Assembly: GCA_002773135.1 (NCBI GenBank)
Contig: PFCB01000023.1
Coordinates: 1,018-65,017, forward strand
DNA: 64,000 nucleotides
DNA from: Candidatus Magasanikbacteria bacterium CG10_big_fil_rev_8_21_14_0_10_47_10
GTDB lineage: Bacteria; Patescibacteriota; Patescibacteriia; Magasanikbacterales; UBA922
Reading direction: 5' to 3'
The notes below the pieces were generated by a model that saw nothing but the letters and a program-made list of their open reading frames with translations, did not search any database and was not told the origin of the DNA. Of the stretch, positions 40,243 to 50,045 are shown piece by piece. The number at the start of each line of letters is the position of its first letter. The first letter of the stretch is position 1. Position numbers and translations under genes: made by a program.

Positions 40243-41115
40243 ATGAAGACCTACCTCGACATTGTACAGCGCGTCCTCACTGAAGGCGAAAAAAAAGACG
40301 ACCGTACCGGTACGGGCACCACCGCGATTGCCGGAGCCATGTTTGAGCACGATATGAAACAGGGCTTCCCTCTGCTGACGACAAAAAAAATGCCTTTCAG
40401 CATGGTCGCGTCGGAACTTGAATTTTTTATAAAAGGAATTACGGATAAACAGTGGCTTCAGCAAAGAAAAAATTCAATCTGGAATGAATGGGCCAACCCG
40501 GAAAAAGCGCCCTATGGTCATGATGAACAAAGCAAACAAAAAATGTTGGACGAACGGGATTTGGGTCCGGTGTATGGATTTCAGTGGCGAAACTACAATG
40601 CTCCCTATGAAAACTGGGACTCGAATTACACCGGCCAGGGGGTAGACCAGCTCGCGCGCGTGCTGGAAACTCTTAAGACCAACCCAAGCGACCGACGAAT
40701 GATCGTCATGGCATGGAATCCCATTCAAATGAACAAAATGGCGCTGCCCCCGTGCCACTACGGATTTCAGGTAACGGTTATTCATGGCAGACTAAACCTC
40801 ATGTGGAACCAGCGCAGCGTGGATGTCATGCTCGGGCTTCCGTTTAACATTGCCAGCTACGCGCTCCTCCTGCATTTGCTGGCCAAGGAGACCGGATATG
40901 AAGAGGGAAAGTTAATTGGCTTTTTGGGTGACGTACATATATACTCCAACCACGCGGATGGCGCGCGCGAGCAGCTATCGCGTAATCCAAATCAGTACCC
41001 GCTGTGTCGGGTGGACACCGATCCGTTCACGTCAATTTTTGACTGGGAATATACGCACTCAAAACGCGTTAGCTACGAGAGTCACCCGGGCATTTCCTTT
41101 CCCATAGCTGTATGA
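40243..41115 (+). CDS. thyA: Thymidylate synthase
   Basis: DRTGTGT, FPLLTTKK, GPVYGFQWR, LPPCH, QRSVD..LGLPFN. Confidence 0.97.
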   Translation: MKTYLDIVQRVLTEGEKKDDRTGTGTTAIAGAMFEHDMKQGFPLLTTKKMPFSMVASELEFFIKGITDKQWLQQRKNSIWNEWANPEKAPYGHDEQSKQKMLDERDLGPVYGFQWRNYNAPYENWDSNYTGQGVDQLARVLETLKTNPSDRRMIVMAWNPIQMNKMALPPCHYGFQVTVIHGRLNLMWNQRSVDVMLGLPFNIASYALLLHLLAKETGYEEGKLIGFLGDVHIYSNHADGAREQLSRNPNQYPLCRVDTDPFTSIFDWEYTHSKRVSYESHPGISFPIAV

Positions 41116-41585
41116 TTGCCCACGTCGTTGCCATTGCCCAAAACAACTGCATTGGGAAAAACGGAACCCTCCCATGGCACCTGCCCGAGGATTTGAGGCA
41201 TTTCAAAGCTGTCACAGACGGACACGTCGTGCTTATGGGACGCAAAACATGGGAGTCATTGCCGGAAAAATTCAGACCGCTTCCAAATAGAATAAACATC
41301 GTTATTACGCGCAATGCCAACTACTTGGTTCCTACCGGCGTAGAACTGTTTACGGATCTGGATGCCGCGCTCCGCGCGCACGCAAAAGAAGATATTATGA
41401 TTATTGGCGGGGCAGAAATTTTTCGGCAAACCATGGATCTGGCTGACACTCTGTATATCACGCATGTGCAACAAACAGTGGAAGGCGATGCCTTTTATCC
41501 TGAAATTAATTTTTCAGTGTGGAAGGAAACGGAACGAGAGGACAGGGATGGCTATTCATTTGTCACATACGTCCGAAATGGTTAG
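41112..41585 (+). CDS. folA: Dihydrofolate reductase
   Basis: LPWHLPEDL, MGRKTWES, RPLPNR, IGGAEI. Confidence 0.96.
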   Translation: MIAHVVAIAQNNCIGKNGTLPWHLPEDLRHFKAVTDGHVVLMGRKTWESLPEKFRPLPNRINIVITRNANYLVPTGVELFTDLDAALRAHAKEDIMIIGGAEIFRQTMDLADTLYITHVQQTVEGDAFYPEINFSVWKETEREDRDGYSFVTYVRNG

Positions 41586-41615
41586 TGGATAATGATAGAT
41601 AATTCAGAATTGTAT

Positions 41616-42296
41616 ATGAAAGGACTCTTCATCATGCTTGAAGGCACCGACGGATCCGGGAAAACCACCCAGACCGAGTTGTTGTTACAAAAACTGCAAC
41701 GTGAAGGACACCGTGTAGAGCAAATTAGTTTTCCCCGGTACGGAGAACCCAGCGCCGCCATGGTTGAGTCGTACCTCAACGGTGAGTTCGGATCTGCTCA
41801 AGAAGTAGGCCCATATCGTGCGTCCATTTTTTATGCTATCGATCGATACGCTGCCAGCGCCCAAATACGGGAGTGGCTGACCGACGGGAAAATCGTCATC
41901 GCGAACAGATACGTTGCATCAAACATGGGACATCAGGGCGGCAAAATAGCAGACCCCTATGAACGAAAAAAATATGTTGACTGGAACTACAATCTGGAAT
42001 ACAATATTTTTCAAATTCCGAAGCCAAACGTCAATATCATTTTGCACGTGACACCGAAAATCTCTCAAGCGCTGGTTGATAAAAAAGAGCAGCGCAGCTA
42101 TTTGAATGGAAAAAAAAGAGACATCCATGAAGATGACCTCGACCATCTGCGCGACGCCGAGCAGGCATATTTGGAAATTGCCAAAGAGTATCCTGAATTT
42201 ATGCTGATCGAATGTGTTAAAAACGAAACAATGCGAACGGTTGAAGCTATTGAGCAGGATATTTGGTCATCTATCTGCGCGCTTCTCCCTACCTAA
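41616..42296 (+). CDS. tmk: Thymidylate kinase
   Basis: EGTDGSGKTTQ, FPRY, DRY, NRY. Confidence 0.92.
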   Translation: MKGLFIMLEGTDGSGKTTQTELLLQKLQREGHRVEQISFPRYGEPSAAMVESYLNGEFGSAQEVGPYRASIFYAIDRYAASAQIREWLTDGKIVIANRYVASNMGHQGGKIADPYERKKYVDWNYNLEYNIFQIPKPNVNIILHVTPKISQALVDKKEQRSYLNGKKRDIHEDDLDHLRDAEQAYLEIAKEYPEFMLIECVKNETMRTVEAIEQDIWSSICALLPT

Positions 42297-42363
42297 ACAA
42301 AATTGAATCAATTGATCAGGCTATGCTATACTACACGCATAGTTTTATTTTTTATACGACACT

Positions 42364-43107
42364 ATGCTCATATCCGCCGGAGAAATTATATCCAAAAGCA
42401 TCACCTTATACAGAATGCATTGGAAATCATTTACCGAGTATCTTTTGTATATAGGAGCACCGCTGGTACTGTCAACCGGGCTATCCGCTCTCGTGGATCC
42501 AAATAGCATCGGACTGCTTGGACTTTTTTTTGTAGTGACAATTGCACTCTACCTCTTTCTCATGTTGGTATCGATTTCGTTTATCCGCGCAATTGCTGAC
42601 GCCTACACAGGGAAAAAGATCATGCCGGTAAAAGAAGCACTCAAGGCATCAACAAAGTTTTTTTGGCCTGCGGTATTTGTCATGATTCTCACCGGACTTA
42701 TTATTTTTGGCGGATTTATCTTGGTTATTGTTCCGGGCGTTCTTTTCATGGTCTGGTACGCCTTTGGGTACTATGAAGTTGTGCTCGACGGCGAACAGGG
42801 GTGGAAAGCGCTTCAAACAAGCCGACAGCTTGTACTGGGACGTTGGTGGGCAACGCTCTGGCGGCTCGTCGCCCCGGGATTCGTATTCGCCATCCTCTTA
42901 TTTGTCGGTGAAGGGCTTTTTACTCTCTTTGGAAATATTATAGCCAAATCAGTCCCTTCGCTTGAGGATGCTGTGGTGCTCATTGTCGGTCTTTTCATTC
43001 TTCTGCTCAGCCTCGCCCTCAGTCCTCTGTCATCTGCCGCCCCAACAATTCTTTACCTCGAACTCAAAAAGACACCACATGCCAAAACAGCCAGCCCAAA
43101 CGAGTAA
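42364..43107 (+). CDS. Multi-pass membrane protein (paralog 1)
   Basis: GFILVIVPGV..MVWYAF, ALQTSRQLV.GRWW. Confidence 0.8.
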   Translation: MLISAGEIISKSITLYRMHWKSFTEYLLYIGAPLVLSTGLSALVDPNSIGLLGLFFVVTIALYLFLMLVSISFIRAIADAYTGKKIMPVKEALKASTKFFWPAVFVMILTGLIIFGGFILVIVPGVLFMVWYAFGYYEVVLDGEQGWKALQTSRQLVLGRWWATLWRLVAPGFVFAILLFVGEGLFTLFGNIIAKSVPSLEDAVVLIVGLFILLLSLALSPLSSAAPTILYLELKKTPHAKTASPNE

Positions 43108-43948
43108 CAAAAACGCTGAACCCGATCCGCTCGTCTCAGCCCGGGAGCTCATCAAAAAAAGCGTCACGCTCTACAAAAACAACTGGAAGCTTTTTTTGAG
43201 ATACATGGGACTTCTTGCCGTTCCTGTCTCTCTGGCTTCAGTCACCGGGACGTTGGGTGTTGATTTTGCTATTTCCAGCATGAACGCGGTGGCCATTGGC
43301 GTCATTGTTCTGCTGCTTGTCTTTATTTACTGGTTCAGTTTGTGGGTTTCCAATTCCTTCGTCCGTACCATTCGCGATATTTATACGGGCAAAAAACCGC
43401 GTGCCATTTCACAAGAAATGGAAATATCCATCCATCTGCTGTGGCCTAGCATCGTAATTCTTCTGCTATCGTCAATCACCATCCTATCCGGATTTGTTCT
43501 CCTCATTGTCCCCGGCATTATTTTTTCCGTATGGTATGCTTTCCCATTTTACGAGGTTATCCTGGATGGAGAGCGAGGATGGAAAGCAATGCGGGTAAGC
43601 CGCGAGCTTGTCCGTAATCATTGGTGGGGCTCGCTCTGGCGAATTATGGCGCCCGGTGTTGTCTTTGGTGCTCTCTTTTTTATTTTGGAACTCATCGCGC
43701 AGTTTGCAGGAGGCCTTGTACAGGCGCAAATCGCACCGGCATCGGCGGCAACGGTTGATATTGTGGTCCTTGTCATCATCGTACTACTGGGAATGCTTCT
43801 CACTCCGCTCACAACGGCAGCACCAACCATATTATTTTTGGAACTTCAAAAACTGCGTGGCATGACGCCGCTCAAGGATGCCAATCTGGAAAAAGTGAGA
43901 AAAAAAGTATTAAAAAAGAAAACAGATACCTACGTCGCAGGCCCCTGA
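43079..43948 (+). CDS. Multi-pass membrane protein (paralog 2)
   Basis: GFVLLIVPGI..SVWYAF, AMRVSRELV.NHWW; tandem paralog. Confidence 0.8.
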   Translation: MPKQPAQTSNKNAEPDPLVSARELIKKSVTLYKNNWKLFLRYMGLLAVPVSLASVTGTLGVDFAISSMNAVAIGVIVLLLVFIYWFSLWVSNSFVRTIRDIYTGKKPRAISQEMEISIHLLWPSIVILLLSSITILSGFVLLIVPGIIFSVWYAFPFYEVILDGERGWKAMRVSRELVRNHWWGSLWRIMAPGVVFGALFFILELIAQFAGGLVQAQIAPASAATVDIVVLVIIVLLGMLLTPLTTAAPTILFLELQKLRGMTPLKDANLEKVRKKVLKKKTDTYVAGP

Positions 43949-44024
43949 AATGGGGTCTTTTCATTGTGACCCATTATTGCTACAATCACACATGGAAGGA
44001 AGCCTTTTGAATATAAACGATACT

Positions 44025-45575
44025 ATGGCCCGCTATATCCCAATTATCGGCATGGAAGTACATGTTGAATTAAAAACTGATTCCAAAATGTTTTGTTCTT
44101 GCCCATGCAGTCCGGATGCAAAAGAGCCGAACAGTAACATTTGTGAAATATGCCTGGGCCACCCGGGAACATTGCCTGTCCCAAACAGGCAAGCCATTGA
44201 ATGGGCTGTGCTTATCGGCAAGGCACTGGGATGCCGGATTGCCGATGTTTCAAAATTTGATCGCAAGCACTATTTTTATCCTGATTTGCCAAAGGGATAC
44301 CAAATTTCCCAGTACGACGAACCTATTGCTGAATATGGCCGACTGCAATTGACGTTTCCTGTTGAAGACAACCCGCGCGATAGCGTGACTATTGGTATTC
44401 GGCGCGCGCATCTAGAAGAAGATACCGCCAAATTGCTCCACGGAACCGATGGCTCCACCCTTGTGGATTTCAACCGTGCCGGAACACCACTCGTTGAGAT
44501 TGTCACTGATCCTGATTTTCAGTCCGCTGCGGAGGCGAAAAAATATTGCCAAGAACTTCGTACCCTGTTCCGTCATTTGGGTGTGAGCGATGCGGATATG
44601 GAAAAAGGTCACATGCGATGTGAGGCGAATGTTTCGGTACAAGAGGAAGGCGCATTTGAAATTGTTGACGGAGAAGTTAAACCTCGTGATGGCGCAATCC
44701 TCAACAATAAAGTGGAACTAAAAAATTTAAACTCGTTTAAGGCTGTTGAAAAAGCAATTGAATATGAAATTGTGCGCCAAACACGGATGATTGACGCCGG
44801 AGAAGACTGGTACCAGCAAACAAGAGGGTGGGATGAAGATGCTGGGGAAACAGTCATGCAGCGGATAAAAGAAAACGCATCAGACTATCGTTATTTCCCG
44901 GATCCTGATATTCCGCCGTTTCATCCCGCCGCCCTGGGTAAGACTATCTCTTTGCCCGAGCTCCCACAAGCAAAACGGGCCCGATTTCACGAGGAGTACG
45001 GTTTTTCATACGCCGACGCACAAATACTGACCAGCATCAAAGCCTGGGCGAATTTTGCCGAAGATGTTATGAGTGAACTGATAGACTGGCTGTATTCTTT
45101 GCCCGAAATCGCGGGCAGCAGCGATGCCATTCGCGAAGACAAAAAAAATCAAATCGCACGTCTCGCCGGAGGTTGGATGACCAGTAAACTACTGGGACAG
45201 CTCAACGAAAGTGGAAAAAATTTCAGCGATATGGCACTGTCGGCTGAGAATTTTGCCGAGCTGATTGCGCTTGTGTATACCAACAAAGTCAGTTCCACCA
45301 ACGCACAAAAAATTCTCGCCATTATGGTCGCCAGCGACGCAGATCATGACCCCACGCATATTTTGGAAGAAAAGGGCTGGGGCCAAATAACGGACACGGC
45401 CGCCATTGAATCCGCTGTTGACGCCGTCATCGCGGATAACCCCGCGCAAGTGGAGCAGTTCGCAGCAGGCAAGGAAGCTGTTCTCAAATTTTTAATCGGC
45501 ATGGTTATGAAAGCAACCGAAGGAACGGCGAATCCGGAAACCGTAGAAGAGATATTAAGAAAAAAATTAACCTAA
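44025..45575 (+). CDS. gatB: Asp/Glu-tRNA amidotransferase subunit B
   Basis: IGMEVHVEL, YFYPDLPKGYQISQ, HLEED, DYRYFPDPD. Confidence 0.97.
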   Translation: MARYIPIIGMEVHVELKTDSKMFCSCPCSPDAKEPNSNICEICLGHPGTLPVPNRQAIEWAVLIGKALGCRIADVSKFDRKHYFYPDLPKGYQISQYDEPIAEYGRLQLTFPVEDNPRDSVTIGIRRAHLEEDTAKLLHGTDGSTLVDFNRAGTPLVEIVTDPDFQSAAEAKKYCQELRTLFRHLGVSDADMEKGHMRCEANVSVQEEGAFEIVDGEVKPRDGAILNNKVELKNLNSFKAVEKAIEYEIVRQTRMIDAGEDWYQQTRGWDEDAGETVMQRIKENASDYRYFPDPDIPPFHPAALGKTISLPELPQAKRARFHEEYGFSYADAQILTSIKAWANFAEDVMSELIDWLYSLPEIAGSSDAIREDKKNQIARLAGGWMTSKLLGQLNESGKNFSDMALSAENFAELIALVYTNKVSSTNAQKILAIMVASDADHDPTHILEEKGWGQITDTAAIESAVDAVIADNPAQVEQFAAGKEAVLKFLIGMVMKATEGTANPETVEEILRKKLT

Positions 45576-45650
45576 TTACAGTTGAGGTCAATTTGACATT
45601 GGTTTAATACGGTCAATTCAATAAGGCGCTCCCGCAGGAACGCCTTTTTA

Positions 45651-46550
45651 TTACTCCTTCCCCTTTTCGCTCTGCAAGTATGGAACAACGCACGCTGCCC
45701 ACACACGGTAGAGCCGCCTCTCCAAACCCCTATCATCACCGGCCAACTCGTCTGTCACAATCCGCATACGCACATGGACAGCCCCTGCCGGCCGCACACA
45801 GATTTCGCCCATGCGATCTACGTCACTAGTGTTCGCTGTGCAGACCAACACTACCTGCGCATTGCCCAGCCCTTTCAGCAATGCAGCAAGACCTCCGGGA
45901 TGAGGGAGCATGGTCACTGCTGATATGGAACGAACAAGCTCGGACATTTCAGCATCATCGCGGTACTTTTCAAGCTTGCGATTACAGGCTCGTTCGCGCT
46001 TGGATGATGTTCCACGCGATCCATCGGGGTAAATCACTGGAGCACACAGTGCACCAAAGCGCTTCGGCAACGCGACTGCCCATTGATGAATCCGATCAAC
46101 AGTATCCTGACCACCACTGCGGTCAATGCCAAGCCCGCCGGCTGCTTCAACCCCCTTGCCAAAAGCATTTCTATTGTGCCCCAGCTTGATCACCGGATGC
46201 AGTGTCCTACCTGTCAGGGCACTGCTAATGGCAACCACAAACCCAAACAAATCGAGCGTTCGAGGATGATTCCCAACAACCACAACTGGCCGATTCGGAT
46301 CCAGTTGACGGCGGACAATGCGCACACCGTCTATACGAATCGTACGCAACCGCCATGGATAGCACAAAAATGCCCCCAACCACCCCCAACCATGGGTTGT
46401 CAGCATGTTACCAGCACGCACCCACTTGAGTCTACGTGCCAGCATTGCCCATGCCGCCACCAGCCCGGTGATGGCAAACGCAATAACCAGCATACACCCA
46501 AGACCGAGCGTACGCGGCACCACAAGCAACCACACAATCATCGTTTTCAT
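45651..46550 (-). CDS. Lysophospholipid acyltransferase (PlsC-like)
   Basis: GNHPRTLD (NHx4D), IDR, IYPDGSR; N-terminal TMs. Confidence 0.75.
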   Translation of the reverse strand: MKTMIVWLLVVPRTLGLGCMLVIAFAITGLVAAWAMLARRLKWVRAGNMLTTHGWGWLGAFLCYPWRLRTIRIDGVRIVRRQLDPNRPVVVVGNHPRTLDLFGFVVAISSALTGRTLHPVIKLGHNRNAFGKGVEAAGGLGIDRSGGQDTVDRIHQWAVALPKRFGALCAPVIYPDGSRGTSSKRERACNRKLEKYRDDAEMSELVRSISAVTMLPHPGGLAALLKGLGNAQVVLVCTANTSDVDRMGEICVRPAGAVHVRMRIVTDELAGDDRGLERRLYRVWAACVVPYLQSEKGKE

Positions 46551-46622
46551 GATGCTTTCCCCTGTTTCTTACAATTTTTTACCACACACAGCGCAGACGG
46601 TCAATTCTTCCACAAGAAACGG

Positions 46623-46651
46623 TTGCAGAGACGTAAACCGAGTGGTACTCT
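46623..46651 (+). promoter_or_regulatory. sigma70 promoter of the amidohydrolase-argH-pyr operon
   Basis: TTGCAG-17 nt-TACTCT with TGn extended -10. Confidence 0.55.
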
Positions 46652-46660
46652 ATGACAAGT

Positions 46661-46717
46661 ATGTTTAAAGATTTTGAACAACAAAATATTGATCTCCAAA
46701 ACGCGGCCACCCGATAG
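46661..46717 (+). CDS. Putative 18-aa leader peptide MFKDFEQQNIDLQNAATR
   Basis: Hand translation; the stop codon lies in the loop of the leader terminator. Confidence 0.45.
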   Translation: MFKDFEQQNIDLQNAATR

Positions 46718-46732
46718 AGGTGGCCTTTTTTT
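46705..46732 (+). terminator. Leader terminator/attenuator
   Basis: GGCCACC-CGATAGA-GGTGGCC + T7, between promoter and first gene. Confidence 0.75.
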
Positions 46733-46778
46733 ATGCCTCCCGAGACGCAATATCCCCTACTTACTAACCTGTCTATCT

Positions 46779-47750
46779 ATGACACAATGGAACCTCAAGG
46801 AACAAATGCTTGCGAGCATTCAAGAAAAAGGGGGATTCGTCAATTGCCACGCGCACTTTGACAAAGCATTTTACATTACAAAGGAAGGCCTTGATCAAAC
46901 AATGGTCGACATGGAACAAAAATGGAACATGAGCGACGGAATAAAACGCGCATCGTCCGAAGAAGAAATCGCACAGAGGATTCGCCAAGGGCTCGACATG
47001 CTTGTGAGCCAGGGCTGTCGCCTCACATGCACCTTTGTCGACGCGTACAGCGCTGTGGATCACCGAGCAATGGATGCGGCCCTTCGTGTCCGCAACGAGT
47101 ACAAAGACAAAATAGACGTACTCTTTATGACGCAGCCGCTTGGTGGCCTTACGAATCTAAATGAGATAGCACTGTTTGAATCAATCACTGCAAAAGCTGA
47201 CATTGTCGGAGGGTTACCATCCAAGGACCGACCTCTCGACGAAAGACATTATGACATGCTCTTTAACATTGCGCGCAATCAAAACAAGCCCCTGCATGTG
47301 CACATCGACCAGGAGAACAATCCCAACGAACGGGATACGGAAAAATTGATCCACTACACCAAAAAATACGGATACGAAGGCCGCGTTGTCGCTATTCACG
47401 CCCTATCTATATCTGCACAGCCAAAAGAATACCGCAAAGAAATATATAAGCAGCTGGCCGATGCCGGCATTGGCGTGGTGGTATGCCCGTCTGCCGCGCT
47501 GGCTATGCGCCAACTGGATATGTACACCGCGCCGGTGCACAATTCGATTGCCAACGTCCCGGAAATGCTTGAAGCTGGTGTGGTCGTGGGGCTTGGTGTT
47601 GATAATGTCTATGATTTTTACCAACCCTTTGTGGACGCGGATATGTGGCTGGAACTGCGAATGCTGCAGGAAGCCTGCCGGTACTACAATTTTGAGCAGC
47701 TGGTAAATATTGCCACAACAAATGGAAGAAAAATTTTAAGCATTCGCTAA
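46779..47750 (+). CDS. Metal-dependent amidohydrolase, cytosine deaminase (CodA)-like
   Basis: FVNCHAHFDK (HxH), HVHIDQ, VAIHA, LGVDN. Confidence 0.85.
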   Translation: MTQWNLKEQMLASIQEKGGFVNCHAHFDKAFYITKEGLDQTMVDMEQKWNMSDGIKRASSEEEIAQRIRQGLDMLVSQGCRLTCTFVDAYSAVDHRAMDAALRVRNEYKDKIDVLFMTQPLGGLTNLNEIALFESITAKADIVGGLPSKDRPLDERHYDMLFNIARNQNKPLHVHIDQENNPNERDTEKLIHYTKKYGYEGRVVAIHALSISAQPKEYRKEIYKQLADAGIGVVVCPSAALAMRQLDMYTAPVHNSIANVPEMLEAGVVVGLGVDNVYDFYQPFVDADMWLELRMLQEACRYYNFEQLVNIATTNGRKILSIR

Positions 47751-47751
47751 T

Positions 47752-49038
47752 ATGTCAAAACTCTGGCACGCAAGTACAACAAAACTTCATCCACTCGCTG
47801 AAAAATACACCGTCGGAAATGATTATGAGCTTGATAAACGTCTCCTTCCCTTTGACGTGCAGGCCAGCCGTGCGCACGCAAAAAATTTACATCGTCTGGG
47901 TATTCTTACGAGCGAAGAACTGGACACACTCCTGCAGGGACTCAACGAAATCATTGAAAAAAATGAAAAGGGAGAATTTGTGATCCAACAGTCAGACGAG
48001 GACTGTCACACGGCCATTGAAAATTATTTGGTGGATCACTACGGCGATGTCGGAAAAAAAATTCACACCGGTCGCTCACGAAATGATCAGGTGTTGGTCG
48101 CGACCAGACTCTACACAAGAAAAAAAATAAAACAGATAAGCACCGAACTTATAAAACTCCAACAGGTGTTTATGAACATGGCAAAACGGTATGAGTTCAT
48201 CCCAATGCCCGGATACACGCACACGCGTCGCGCCATGCCCAGCAGCATTGGACATTGGGCAGCCAGCTACCTGGAAGAGCTTATCAACGGCCACATGATT
48301 TTGGAGACTGCTTACAAACTTAATGACCAAAATCCTCTGGGCGCGGCCGCCGGCTACGGCGTCAGTATTCCGCTCGATCGCGATTTTACCACACAAGAAC
48401 TTGGATTTGAACGCGTTCAAATCAATTCACTGTACTGCGTGAACAGCCGCGGACTCACAGAAAGTTATATTCTTTCCGTCTGTACGCAAATCATGATGAC
48501 CCTTGGCCGACTGGCGAATGAAATGATCTGGTTTACCACGCCGGAATTTGATTATTTTGATTTGCCATACCAATATACGACCGGATCCAGCATTATGCCG
48601 CAAAAAAGGAACCCTGATATTTTTGAGATTGTCCGCGCCAACGTGAATGTGATTGTCGGATTGCAGACACAAATTAAGGACATCTGTAAGAATCTTATCT
48701 CCGGATATAACCGGGATACGCAACTTACCAAAGAGCCGCTCATCAAAGGACTTGGCATTACAAGGCGCAGTTTGGAAATTGTCGCTCTGGTTATGTCCGA
48801 CGTCACCCCCAAGGAAGATGTCCTCATGAAATCCCTTTCACCTGAAATGTTTGGAGTCAACGAAGCACTGAAAATGGTAAAAAACGGGGTGCCCTTTCGT
48901 GAAGCATACCAGCATGTGAAGGAACACTTGGACGAGCTGGAAGTCGGGGATCCGCAAGAGGCCATACGGGAAGTTGTTTCTCTTGGCGGGCCCGGCAATC
49001 TGGCGCTAGACCGATATGTAGTTGATACGCCGTTGTAG
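47752..49038 (+). CDS. argH: Argininosuccinate lyase
   Basis: KLW, HTGRSRNDQ, MPGYTH, GSSIMPQKRNPD, YNRDTQLTK. Confidence 0.92.
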   Translation: MSKLWHASTTKLHPLAEKYTVGNDYELDKRLLPFDVQASRAHAKNLHRLGILTSEELDTLLQGLNEIIEKNEKGEFVIQQSDEDCHTAIENYLVDHYGDVGKKIHTGRSRNDQVLVATRLYTRKKIKQISTELIKLQQVFMNMAKRYEFIPMPGYTHTRRAMPSSIGHWAASYLEELINGHMILETAYKLNDQNPLGAAAGYGVSIPLDRDFTTQELGFERVQINSLYCVNSRGLTESYILSVCTQIMMTLGRLANEMIWFTTPEFDYFDLPYQYTTGSSIMPQKRNPDIFEIVRANVNVIVGLQTQIKDICKNLISGYNRDTQLTKEPLIKGLGITRRSLEIVALVMSDVTPKEDVLMKSLSPEMFGVNEALKMVKNGVPFREAYQHVKEHLDELEVGDPQEAIREVVSLGGPGNLALDRYVVDTPL

Positions 49039-49041
49039 GAG

Positions 49042-49076
49042 TAAAAACTAAGTGGTAAGAACTAAGCAGTAAGAAA
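49042..49076 (+). repeat. Heptamer tandem repeat (TAAnnnn x5)
   Basis: TAAAAAC TAAGTGG TAAGAAC TAAGCAG TAAGAAA. Confidence 0.7.
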
Positions 49077-49987
49077 TGCTCCACACATCTTTTCTCTCCA
49101 TCCCCTTTCACAATCCCTTGGTCTTGGCCTCGGGGATTCTTGGCGTGTCCGCGGCAAGCATGAACCATGTGGTAGACAACGGCGCTGGGGGCGTCACGGT
49201 CAAATCCTTATCAAAAGAGCCGCGCACAGGCCACGCCAACCCCACCATGATCGCTTCAGACACCCATATGTTAAACGCAGTCGGGTTATCAAACCCCGGC
49301 ATTGATCACGGCCTCGGGGAACTCCGGATGTTCAAACAGCGTTCTACAGCCCCGTTGATCGGCAGCATTTTCGCGAGCACGCCGGAAGAATTTGCCGATG
49401 TGGCAAAAAAAATATCCACCGCCCCCATTGATATTCTGGAATTGGATATTTCATGCCCAAACGTCTCCACTGAATTTGGCGAGCCATTTGCCTATTCTCC
49501 CCACGCCATTCTAACCATTATCAAAAAAGTAAAAGCCGTCACTGACAAACCCATTTCTATCAAACTTTCTCCAAATGCTTGGAACATCGCCGCGCTTGCG
49601 CGTGTTGCCGAGCAGGCCGGGGCAGATGCCATTACTGCGGTCAATACGGTGAGCGGTATGCAGATCAATGTCCAAGCGCGCATGCCGGTGCTCCACAACA
49701 AGTATGGTGGTGTGTCCGGCCCTGCCCTATTCCCTATCGCGCTCAAATGCGTGTACGATATTTATGCTGCCGTCAACATTCCAATCATTGCGACCGGCGG
49801 CGTCACTACGGGTGAAGATGCCCTCGCCATGATCATGGCCGGAGCCACGCTGGTGGGCGTTGGGTCTGCGGTCTATTACAGAGGCACAGGCGTGTTTCAA
49901 AAGATTGTCGTTGAGATGCAACAAATTATGCAAGATGAAGGCATCGCCTCACTTGATGAAATTCGTGGCGTTGCGCACGCATCATAA
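49076..49987 (+). CDS. pyrD: Dihydroorotate dehydrogenase family 1B, catalytic subunit
   Basis: NPLVLASG, NAVGLSNPG, ISCPNV, KLSPN, GGVSGP. Confidence 0.95.
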   Translation: MLHTSFLSIPFHNPLVLASGILGVSAASMNHVVDNGAGGVTVKSLSKEPRTGHANPTMIASDTHMLNAVGLSNPGIDHGLGELRMFKQRSTAPLIGSIFASTPEEFADVAKKISTAPIDILELDISCPNVSTEFGEPFAYSPHAILTIIKKVKAVTDKPISIKLSPNAWNIAALARVAEQAGADAITAVNTVSGMQINVQARMPVLHNKYGGVSGPALFPIALKCVYDIYAAVNIPIIATGGVTTGEDALAMIMAGATLVGVGSAVYYRGTGVFQKIVVEMQQIMQDEGIASLDEIRGVAHAS

Positions 49988-50045
49988 CGCGTAACTCAGA
50001 TAGTAAAACACATGCGTTATGGTATCCGAATTATGAGTTCTGTTT

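Noticed and set aside
46779-47750. Calling the amidohydrolase codA or pyrC
   Set aside because: HIDQ replaces the CodA HxDE motif and dihydroorotase motifs (e.g. MPNT) are absent; substrate unresolved
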